Below are positions 53,700 through 64,000 of a stretch of DNA of 64,000 nt, piece by piece. Each line of letters opens with the position of its first letter. Within the stretch, counting starts at the first letter, position 1. A program made the translations under genes and the position numbers. Origin of the DNA: Eledone cirrhosa (taxonomy: Eukaryota); assembly GCA_964016885.1 (NCBI GenBank), contig OZ024740.1, positions 76,198,001 to 76,262,000 on the forward strand. Reading direction: 5' to 3'. Below the pieces are notes generated by a model. That model ran no database searches, was not told where the DNA came from, and was given only the letters and a program-made list of their open reading frames with translations.

Positions 53700-55810
53700 C
53701 TGTGTTTTGCGTTTGCGTTTGACTGTGTTTTGGTTATTGTATTCTATCTTAGTTTATTAGAGTGTGTTCATATGTGTTTGTTGTTATTGTGCTTGTGTAT
53801 ATATTTATTTATTTATATTTCTCTTAAGTCAGTATTCTTTGCTTGGGTGTTGTTGTTATTCCATTTATTTTTTCTGTTTAGCTTTGACTTTCTAAGCTCT
53901 ATTTCGCTTGCCTCTCTGATTTTCCTACCTGCTGGGTCATTTCTATGTTTAGATATTATTTTAATTTCTACGTTGTCAATGCTACCGTCATGTTGTTGTC
54001 TGGCGTGTTCGTATAGTACTGAACCGTTTTTTTTTGTCCTTTTAATTCCCCTCAGTGTTGATCTATTCTTTCTCCTATGATTCGAGCTGTCTCGCCTATG
54101 TATGTTGTTGTCATGTTTCTGCAAGTACCCTCTCTACATCTTAGGCTATAGACTACATTTCTAGTTTTACAGTTTATCTGGGGGTTTGCTTTACATATAA
54201 CACATTTCTTATTAGTACAGTGGGTTTTCTTAAAAGGGTATGTTTTGCTGATCAGGGATTTGATGGTAGTTCCTGGCTTTTCTACCACTTTAATCTCTAA
54301 GTGGGTCTTTATCAGGGCCTTTCTACATTGATTAGCTAATTTTCCTCCAGGAGTAGCGTCCACGAACATGACACTCTGGTATCTCTGGATGAGGTGGCTT
54401 TCCCTGTCTTATGTTTAGTCCTATCTAAGCTATTCCATGATTTGCTCCTGTATAATGGGCAAATTCCTTTCATGTCCAGTTTTATGAGGGTCTTATACTT
54501 CTCCGTGGCTCCTTTGTATACTCTGATTCTATCTCTTTGGTTGTAGTCAGAGAACTGCATGCGGTTGATGAAGTGTTGGATGTGTCTTTCCATTTCTGTT
54601 GGGTCGCACATGCGGGACACGTTCTTCATCACTCGTACCAAGTCTGCGATCAGAATATTAAACTTAGCACTACTGGACATTGCTGAGGTTTTGAGTATCA
54701 GGTATTTGGAGGCCATGGGTTTAGCGCAGTGTGAGTGGAGAATTTGGGCCCACTCGTCTATAGTGTTAATCCAGATTTTCGTGTCTAATACAGGTAGTCT
54801 ACTGTTAGGGTGTTTGGAAGGGTAGTCAATAGCTACAGTTATACTCTGGTGTATGGAGCTAGCTATCTGCTAGATGCTTTCCATTGTGCTATATTCTAAA
54901 TCATATTCGTTAGTACTCTCTTGTGGGAGTGTCCTTATTACTATATGAATGTCGTGTACGTAACGAGAGTACATGATGAGGTCTATGGAGCTCTCTTCAA
55001 AGAGATCTTTGAGTTTCCTTTCCCATCATACCATAAAAAGGTTGGCAACGTCACCAGCTACGCTGACGCCAATGCCTGCTACCTCATTTTGGGTATAGAT
55101 CTTTTCGTTGAATTTGAATATTTGGCCCTTTAGGGTAGTTTTAATACTAACCCCTATTGCATGCGCGACCATTTTTCTTACCTGATCATTATTTGGGGTG
55201 TCCGTATGGCTTTGGTCCACCCAATCCACCTTCCCATGGTTTTCCTTTTTGCCATTGAGGTTATTGTGGAGGTCTACCTCTTATGGGTCTACTGGGGCAG
55301 AAACGGCTAAGGTCATGGCTGTCTAGGTACTCGGTGTCATAGGTAAGTCTAAGTAGGAGGCCCAGTTCATCTGTGTCGACGTCGCAGAACTCCACCTCAC
55401 TCTCACTGATTATCTCCACACATTTTTCCACAGCAAAATCAATGTTAATGGATGGGTATAGTGATACCACATCCATACTGCCTATTATGCAGTTAGATAG
55501 GTTTTTGTTTTTGTTGCACTCATTGATTCTGCTGAGGAGGTCCTCTGTTACACATACATCTGGGGACATCTTGATTATGGGGCGTATAGCCATTGAGAGG
55601 AAGTAGGAGATCCTGTAGTTGCTAGCGATATTGGCTCCGCATACCGGTCTTGTTGGTGGTCATGTTGTCGGGTCGTCGACTGTCTTATGGTCTTTGCGGA
55701 GCCCATAAAGGGTGGTATGTCATTGTTAGACGCCTGGAAGTTGTTGGCAGTGCGTCTGCCTGGCTTTAGGATGTCGGTCCACATCATTATATGAGCGTTG
55801 CGGATCTTCT
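53700..55810 (-). mobile_element. Decayed Penelope-like element of a different lineage
   Basis: GSMDVVSLYPSI, GDVANLFM, RYVHD (mutated YVDD), PVLDT, FVDATPGG and NVVY..C...C..YIGETAR..GER..H. Confidence 0.88.
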
Positions 55811-55926
55811 CTCTCCCTTCACACACACACACACACGCGCGCGCACATATACATATACACACAGAAAATGGGATGGGAGTGTTTAAGAAAGGAGCTGTAA
55901 TATAGATATTTATGGATTATATGCAA

Positions 55927-56907
55927 GATATCTATGGATTATATGCAAGCTTCTACATAACTTGGACATTATTTTCCCACCTTGTAGAAATCTTATAACG
56001 AAACGATCATATGGAAAGTGAGATTTATTTAATTATGTCTCATATAATATAATACAGCCAACTATCCACGAAATACAATATAGTTAGCACCCCAAACGTA
56101 TAATTGGCATTATACTCTGGTATATCCTAATGTTTGTTGAGTGAGATGGGAGTTGGTCGGAGTATCACTATTAGCTTTCTCTGTTAATGTATTAAGTATT
56201 ATACTCTTGGATGGCCAGATATGAAAATTCCAGATATTTAGGTATGACTATCTTTATTTATTCTTTATATGAAATATTAATTGTTTCTTCCTGTATCTCA
56301 TGTCTGTTATTTTGCGTGAGAAAATACCTATATGTATATATAAAAAATACGCACATATATTTATTTTTTAATATCCAGTTGAGTTCTTCACACGTGGTTA
56401 GAATTCCTAACAGGGTTCAATGACCTGCGTGTATATTATTTTATGTTTTACGATGACCTCCCCTTCCCATTTGGGGACAGTGTGAAATTTCTTTTTGAAG
56501 GACTGCTGGACTTTCAAACTTAGCTGTCCTTCTAGCACTGACGGAGACCATCGCTGAATATTAATATCAATGTAGTTTTTTATATTGATATTGCCTGGGC
56601 ATCCACTGATGAGTTATAAGAGCCCACCTACGTGGATATCTATGGATTATATGCAAGCTTCTACATAACTTGGACATTATTTTCCCACCTTGTAGAAATC
56701 TTATAACGAAACGATCGTATGGAAAGAAAGAGAGATTTATTTAATTATGTCTCATATAATATAATACAGCCAACTATCCACGAAATACAATATAGTTAGC
56801 ACCCCAAACGTATAATTGGCATTATACTCTGGTATATCCTAATGTTTGTTGAGTGAGATGGGAGTTGGTCGGAGTATCGCTAAAAGCTTTCTCTGTTAAT
56901 GTATTAA

Positions 56908-56909
<2 letters not shown>
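55927..56909 (+). mobile_element. PLE-type partial-tandem repeat (pLTR) element
   Basis: 55927-56198 is directly repeated at 56635-56909; contains an HHR; ends in (TA)n. Confidence 0.7.
56602..56723 (+). ncRNA. Type I hammerhead ribozyme with a 77-nt loop II
   Basis: TCCA-CTGATGA-GTTATAAGA[77 nt]TCTTATAAC-GAAA-CGATCG-TA-TGGA; perfect 9-bp stem II. Confidence 0.78.
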
Positions 56910-56988
<79 letters not shown>

Positions 56989-57037
56989 CATATCAAATAA
57001 TGGAGGTTCACGTTTTAACTACCATTATTATTTGATA

Positions 57038-57395
57038 AGGGCGGTGAATTGGCAGTATCGGTAGAGGGTCGGATGCCATGATTTCCAGCATAGTTACGTC
57101 CCTTTACGGTCTGAGTTCAAAATCCCGTCGAGGTTAACTTTGCGTTTCAACCTTACCGGGTCGATAAAATAAAGTACCAGTAATACACTTGGATAATTGC
57201 TGGCCTTGTGCCAAAAGTAGAAACAATTATTTGATAGGTGGATTGGCAGTATCGGTAGAGAGTCGGATACCATGCTTTGCAGCAAAGAGTTACGGCCCTT
57301 TATGGTCTGAGTTCAAATACCGCCGAGGTTAACTTTACCTTTCATCCTTACGGGGTCGATAAAATAAAGTACCACTAATTGCTGGGTAATTATTT
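57038..57395 (+). mobile_element. Two tandem tRNA-derived SINEs
   Basis: Same family as 22923. Confidence 0.85.
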
Positions 57396-57564
57396 GATAA
57401 ATGAATACTCCGTCACTCAATATCACCTACCTGTGATAAACTACTGACGTGTAGTGCTTTGGTTCGCTAGTACCTGCTTATCATCAGGAAGTTACTACGT
57501 AACAACTAAGATAAACAATACTCTTTTATATATAAATACTATAAATTATGTCCTTAGAATCATT

Positions 57565-58046
57565 TGATAAGATATATACTCAATTTCCTCTCCCAATTAG
57601 CATAATCAACCACACAAAAAAACAATTAAACCAGGCTATAAGATTAAAAGGCACCTGTGAAGAAATAATAGATAAGTAAACGATAGCCATTTATTCGCGA
57701 TCAACAGCTATAGAATATTTACCCATCATTTCAATAGCACGTGGAAATCGATTAAATATATCGTCAACCATACACAATTAGGTATAAAATTAAAGTTAGA
57801 AGAAAAAATGCATATACACATACCAGGATTACGTTTCTACCCTTGGGGTTTAGTTCGCTTTCGGAAATATCCTATCAAGGATAAATTCTCGAGTTTCGAA
57901 CTCACCAGGAAACAAACTCACTTGGACAAATAGTTTCCTTAAATGATCCCCGCCAGAAACGAATTAAAAATGGCTAAGAACTGTGACGTGGCAGTGGTCA
58001 AGTCAGGAAGAAAGTGATTGGTGCCTACGGCTAGTAGGCTGGTTGC

Positions 58047-58048
<2 letters not shown>
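57565..58048 (-). mobile_element. Second copy of the 25.8-26.7 kb HHR-bearing repeat
   Basis: Reverse complement of about 26240-26750. Confidence 0.8.
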
Positions 58049-58073
<25 letters not shown>

Positions 58074-58077
<4 letters not shown>

Positions 58078-58401
58078 TTAATATAGATGAGATTCTACAG
58101 GACTAGAACTGTTTCATTCTTTAGAAATCATCAGGAATCTGGGTATCAAAAAATAAATATGGTATTTATAGGTCTCTACAAGTGGTAGGAGAGGGTGGGG
58201 AGTGGGATGGGTGTAGGTCATTGGTTGATAGAAAAGGGAATTTCTATCAACCAATGACCTACACCCATCCCACTCCCCACCCTCTCCTACCACTTGTAGA
58301 GACCTATAAATACCATATTTATTTTTTGATACCCAGATTCCTGATGATTTCTAAAGAATGAAACAGTTCTAGTCCTGTAGAATCTCATCTATATTAAAAC
58401 T
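58074..58401. repeat. Perfect palindrome, 161-bp arms with a 6-bp spacer
   Basis: 58074-58234 is the exact reverse complement of 58241-58401 by manual comparison. Confidence 0.95.
58335..58385 (+). ncRNA. Type I hammerhead ribozyme (identical antisense copy at 58090-58140)
   Basis: AGATTC-CTGATGA-(T)TTC-taaa-GAA(T)-GAAA-CAG..CTG-TA-GAATCT. Confidence 0.82.
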
Positions 58402-58467
58402 TTTATACTCTGCAATGTATTGAGTACCTTACTTACTGTGGTTACCTCCGATTCAACCCGGAATTAC

Positions 58468-58514
<47 letters not shown>

Positions 58515-58690
58515 TATTGTCTCAGTTCGTCATTTTCAGTTTGAAACAGTGCTAGAGCTGACAAGTTCATAGGCTGACCAAGATACTCTCATGGAATAAC
58601 CAAATGAGGTATATTTTTCAACATAGTTCCTGGAAAAAAATAATGCAGTTGTTAAGAAAAGTTGAAATTAATGCATGTGAAGAGTTGTTG

Positions 58691-58776
<86 letters not shown>

Positions 58777-59291
58777 CAACAACTCTTCACATGCATTAAT
58801 CCAGTGAGAAGAAGACTTTCGTCAGAGGGTTCTTCTCACTCGGAGAATATAAAATTCCCGAGTTCAAATCACGAACTGGCGCCATTCAGAACTGTTCCCG
58901 GATGAGAGTGTTTGATGAAGAAACAATCCTGTCTAGTGCCGTGTGTAAATATAGAAGACAAGGGCGGAAAAGATATATATATATATATTAAGTATGTATA
59001 CGTACATACATATATGTATACAGACGTACAGTAGTATGGATATATATACATACATGCACACATATATATATGTACGTATGGATTTATAAATATGTATTTG
59101 TTTTGCAAGGTTTTTAATATGAAATCGTGTGTTGAAAAGGCAGAGAGACGAGAAAGCGGCCAAGCATTTAGCAGTTTCTAGTCCGGTCGGCCGCCTGGAC
59201 TAGAAACTGCTAATTATTTGGCCGCCTTCTCGTCTCTCTGCCTTTTCAGCCCCATGGATTGTGTCTATTATATTTCTTTGTTAAATTTCGA

Positions 59292-59349
59292 ATACCTGAT
59301 GATGTCACCGGATTCATACTGAACCCGGTCATTGAAATGTTCATAGTAT
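59292..59349 (+). ncRNA. Type I hammerhead ribozyme
   Basis: ATAC-CTGATGA-long stem II (ACCGG.TTCA/TGAA.CCGGT)-GAAA-TGTTCA-TA-GTAT followed by AATAAA. Confidence 0.75.
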
Positions 59350-59586
59350 AATAAACCTTTAAGGAATTACACCAGTCTAGCCTCCTGTTATTTTATAATA
59401 ATTAACTCCGTACTCGCACCACCAAGAACACAAACGAAGACGGGTAAGTTGCATTACGTCGAGTGCTCTCCCTAATATTACATCAAGGTTGACTATACGG
59501 AATGACCAGTTCAATCCAGTGGTGAACCAACAAAACTAAAAGAATATATATATATATATATCAGATAGGGTGTGGTAAAAACCAGC

Positions 59587-59808
59587 TACACCATAACTCA
59601 CCAGAGTACTCGATACTTGAGGTAGTAGAGTGGATAATATGAAACGTTTCAGGTCCCCGACGGCTGAGCTCCGACCGTTTCGACAGCTAGATCCGAACTC
59701 GGATGTAGCTATCGAAACGGCCGGAGCTCGGCTGTCGGGGACCTGAAACGTTTCATATTATCCACTCTACTACCTCAAGTATCGAGTACTCTAGTGAGTT
59801 ATGGTGTA
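59587..59808. repeat. Palindrome, about 109-bp arms with a 4-nt loop
   Basis: Arms are reverse complements with a few mismatches; centre CCG-aact-CGG. Confidence 0.92.
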
Positions 59809-60139
59809 ACCAAAACAATTAACATTGGAAGAACACGCTTTTCTTTAGCACTAAGAAAACATGTTTCACCCAAACGCAATATATTAGCACTCCCTTATGA
59901 AAAAAACACCACAAGTGTGGTGGCTAGGATGAAAACGCAACGGGTGGCAGGGCGAGAGGTTTAAAAGAGCGCTAAAAATAGCTCACCAACTAGTCTGTCA
60001 GTTTTACTCGACCGCAAGGGAGCATAAAATAATCAAAGATGTAATATATATATATGTGTATATATAAATATCTAAATGAAGCAGTGTTGGTTCAATGAAT
60101 AATTCAGTTTCACCGGCACACACATTTATAAATGTACAA

Positions 60140-63100
60140 ATAGATATGTTTCTTTTATTTGCCACCAGGGCATCAAAAGTGGGACAAGTACAATGGGGGG
60201 AGTTTACAAAACAAGGCGTCCTCAATAAGGAGGAGGCAATAACAATATATAAAAATAAAATAAAATATAACAAAAAATAAAATTTATAACAAAGTCCTCA
60301 ATAGAGAGGAGGCGCCTTGTGGGGTCGCACACACCCCCGAAAAAAGTGTGCAACCCTTCTCCTCAGGAGCACAGAGAAGGGGTGCTCCCTTGGTCTTTCA
60401 TCTTCCTCACCTATAGTCTGATGTAGAGTGAAGGCCCATTCACACGGGCCATTCTCGCCACTTTCACCCATCTTTCATAGAAACGGCTGGGGTGCAGCAC
60501 CTCTCTCTCCATCCTGATCCTTCTTCCGAAATGATATCGGAAGAAACGGACAGTTGTTGGCCAGAGAGAAAGGTGTCTGACCTCAGTCCTTTCAGACGCG
60601 TCCACCATACAACCTCTTTCGCCATGGCTATTACGCACAGAAACACCGCCTCTCCTTCGTTTTTGAAGAGGGGAGGCGGCTTGATCGTTACAATAGACTC
60701 GGTGGTCAACCGGATCGGTCCCACCCTTGGCAGCAGTTGTTCGACATAGCCCCACAGATCGGCAATGCCCGAGCAGTGTACCAATGCGTGTGCAATGGTT
60801 TCCTCGTCGCACACGCATCTGGGACAGATCTTTTTCGATGGGTCCCTACCCGGGCGCCCGTGTCTGTAGAGCCTTTCTCGAACGGGCAGAGCCCTTCTGT
60901 AGCATTGCCAGGCCAGGGACCTCTGGAAGTTATCCATGGGTCCCGGGCTGAATGTCCTACCGAACAGGTTGGCCAGTTCGTCTTCCTCCATGCCTAGTGA
61001 TTCTCCGAGGGCGTCGTCGCACCTGCTAACCACCAGCCCTCTATAGAATGACGAGGTGGATTCTCCACTGACAGCCAGGTCCGCCTGCCAGAGAGCCGTG
61101 AGCGCCTGGGCACACTCGGTGTGCCAGGCGCCCAGTTTTCTCGGTCTTTGCTTGACCCAGGATTGCAGCTCGGTGAGTGAGACGAGTCTGGGAAAGGCTC
61201 GCCTCACAAACGGGGCCCACACCGGTTGACCGGAGAGGAATACCTGAAGGTGCCGTAGCCTTAATGCGTATTTACGTATCATTAGCCACGGGATCCCCAG
61301 CCCTCCTTTCGAAGGGTGTTGACAGCAGATGGATCTCCTCACCATAGGAGCCCGCTTCTTCCAAAGGAATTGGAAGAGTTCGCGCTCCATTTTGGCGAGC
61401 GTTTCCCTTGGGCAAGGCACAACGGTCAGGCGGTAGTAGATGACGGACGCTATATAAGTGTTCGCCACCTCCGCCTGACCTTTCAGGGACAGTTTGCACT
61501 CGGCCCACTTCTGGGTCAGTGCAAACACCCTGTTCGTCACCTCACCCCAGTTCTTCTCCACCTGGAGGTCTGGTCCGAACCAGACCCCGAGCAACTTCAC
61601 CGGGCCCTCCGTCCAGCGCCCGACGACGCCATCGGAGGGCATGGATCTGCCGCTCCACGTGCCGAGTTGCAGACCGATCGACTTGTCCCGGTTCAGCTTA
61701 GCCCCTGTAAACCTTTCGTACTCCTCCAGTAAGGTGCCGATCGCCCCGATTTCCGAGGCCGTCGACACCATTACTGTTACGTCATCGGTGTAGGCTGACA
61801 CCGCTTTCCGCAATCCCGGTTCCAACGGGATGCCCTGCAACAACTCCAACTTCCGCAGCAGTGGCTCTAGAGTCATTACATACAGAAGGGAGGAGAGAGG
61901 GCACCCCTGTCGGATGGACCGCGCGATTTCGAACGGCTCCGAGAGGTAGCCATTCACCTTGACCCTAGAGCAGATGCGGCTGCTGTGCATGGCATTGATC
62001 CAGCCCCTGAAAACGGGTCCGAAGCCTGCCGCCGCTAGCACCGCATCCAGGTAGCCATGGTCGACCCTATCGAATGCCTTAGATTGATCCAAGTTGATCA
62101 GGGCCCCACCAAAGCCGGGTTCGTTCCCAACCCTCTCTATGATGTATCGCATGAGGTGGCGGTTATCGTGGATGGACCTGGACGGGATAGCACATGTCTG
62201 CGCATCTCCCACCAGGTTGCCCACGACAAGCGCCAGCCTCTTTGCTAGCACCTTGGCCAAAATCTGTAACTCTGTATTTAGCAGAGTTATGGGCCTGAAA
62301 TTATTTATATCGTCCCCGTTGTTCTCGTCCTTCCTCACTAGCGTGACTACGCCCTTGGTCACAGTACAGGGAATTCTCCCGTTCTGTTGCCAGTTGCAGT
62401 AGACCGCCTCGAGGAGATCGGGGAACAAGTCCGGCATAGCTAGATATAGTTCGTATGGAAGACCATCGAGACCCGGGGATTTGCGTCTGCCGCATTGGCT
62501 CAGCACGTCCTCTATCTCAGCGGCTGAAATCGGCTCCTCGCAGGACTTTGCCTCCCTGTCCGAGAGACGCGGCAGGCCGTCGAGGTATGGACCGAAGTCC
62601 ACGTCCCCAACCGGCCCCCCGCCCCTTCCGAACAATCCGGCAAAGTGCTTTTGAAAAGCCTCGCACATCTGCTTAGGTTCAAGGATCACCCGTCCATCCT
62701 GGTCTCGCAAAGACCGGAGAGTGGATCTGCTCCCCCTTTTGGCTTCTGTCACGCGGGCCCAGCTAACAGCTTTGGTCCCCTCGTTTCCCAGAGCACGTAT
62801 TTTGCTTCGGACGATGCAGCCTTCGTGTTTCGCGTCGAAGAACTGGCCCAGGGCCGTTCTCGACGCTAGCACTCTGGCCACGTCGCCGCTTCTAATTGCC
62901 TCTTCTACACTATCTACCAACTCCCTTTCCTTCCTATTTCTATTTGAGGCTAACTCCTTACTAAATTCTATAGAGACTACTCTAATCTCTCTTTTGAGAG
63001 ATCCCCACCACCTGCTGTTGACGATGGCGCCCGTCAACCGCTTCTTAACTAAAGTGCTAATCCGGTCCCTGTAAGCCTTACTTGCCGGTAAGGACAAGTT

Positions 63101-64000
63101 GAGCTTCCAGTAACCGGGGCCCTGTCTATGAGTTCTGTCAAGGTTGATCATGCAGGTCACTAACTTGTGGTCTGAATAGCCAACCATGCGCATTTTTGGA
63201 CAACTTAAAAAGTCCTTATCCTTAATTCTAACTAAGAACCTATCTAGCTACGACCTAGATGATCCGCTACGATTTGCCCAAGTCCAGGTTGGCGCAGTCG
63301 GAAAATCTAGTCGATATCTATCGGCCAGGTCAAATCGACCGATTAACCCTTTGAGGCTATTACACCCCTCTCTATCGGGACAGGCCCCTACGTAGTCCCA
63401 GCGTGCATCTAGGATACCATTCAAGTCCCCCACTAATAGCAAGGAGCGGGACGCCCCTAGAAAAGTCTCCAGACGATGGAAGAAGTCCGGCCGCATTGAC
63501 CCGAAAGGGCCGTAGGCGGCTGCCAACCTAAACGCTCCGCCTTTACCACTGCCAAGGTCCAGAACCACTAGTCGACCCCCGGGTCCAAATGTACCATCTG
63601 TGTTGCGAGACCCAGATGTTTTTGCAGCAGAACGACAACTCCACCCCCACCTCCGGGCTGACAGAGTGATGCGTGCATCTCAAAGTCATCAAAGGTGGGG
63701 GCCAGCTGTCGCACGTTGCTGATCCGGGCCTCGCAAATAACCATCACATCTATACGTTGTGACCTGAGGTCATTTAGAAGCATTGCTTGCTTCCAAGTTG
63801 AGCCCAGGCCACGCGCATTTAAACAGCCTACTCTTAGCATAGCCATGTTGGTGGTGAAGAGAAAAGGCACTTACCTCTCTGCGTCCCGGGTATCGGGCTG
63901 CACAATTTCCATGAGGGTGGGGGATGGGTTGTTGGGTGGGGTGGTGGTTTGTGGAAGTGTAGGGGCATCAGTGTGTTGTGTGGTTGGGGAGCTTGGAGTT
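60140..64000 (-). mobile_element. L1/Tx1-clade LINE: ORF1 C-terminal tail, ORF2 (APE, RT, zinc-binding domain), T-rich 3' UTR; disrupted
   Basis: CLNARGL, GDLN, SDH, GPGYWKLN, KSPGLDG, FRPITLLN, LDQSKAFD, IRQGCPLS, YTDD and CPRC..ET..H..C motifs; stop and frameshifts in the APE region and at the C-terminus. Confidence 0.93.

Overview
AT-rich, microsatellite-dense animal genomic DNA. The (TA)n/(CA)n/(TATG)n load and the SINE types suggest a cephalopod such as Octopus (inference). One host gene is visible: the last three coding exons (9275-9406, 19609-20000, 27542-27733, + strand) of an anion-type Cys-loop ligand-gated ion channel subunit (GlyR/GluCl-like, PAR motif), with an acidic loop C and atypical M2/M3 residues. 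One of its introns holds a 7.4-kb 24-bp minisatellite. The rest is transposon-derived: R4/Dong-like LINEs and modular SINE-like elements stacked in (TATG)n, plus RTE, Tx1/L1, HERO-like, CR1/L2-like, mariner, pogo/Tigger and Helitron-like pieces, and three Penelope-like elements (PLEs). The strongest signal is a dense set of hammerhead ribozyme (HHR) motifs from about ten unrelated sequence families between 26 and 60 kb. They sit in PLE pseudo-LTRs and in short non-coding fold-back elements inserted in (TA)n, and include U3-A8 core variants, forms with a large loop II, and palindromes carrying a ribozyme on both strands. All folds were derived by eye and are untested.
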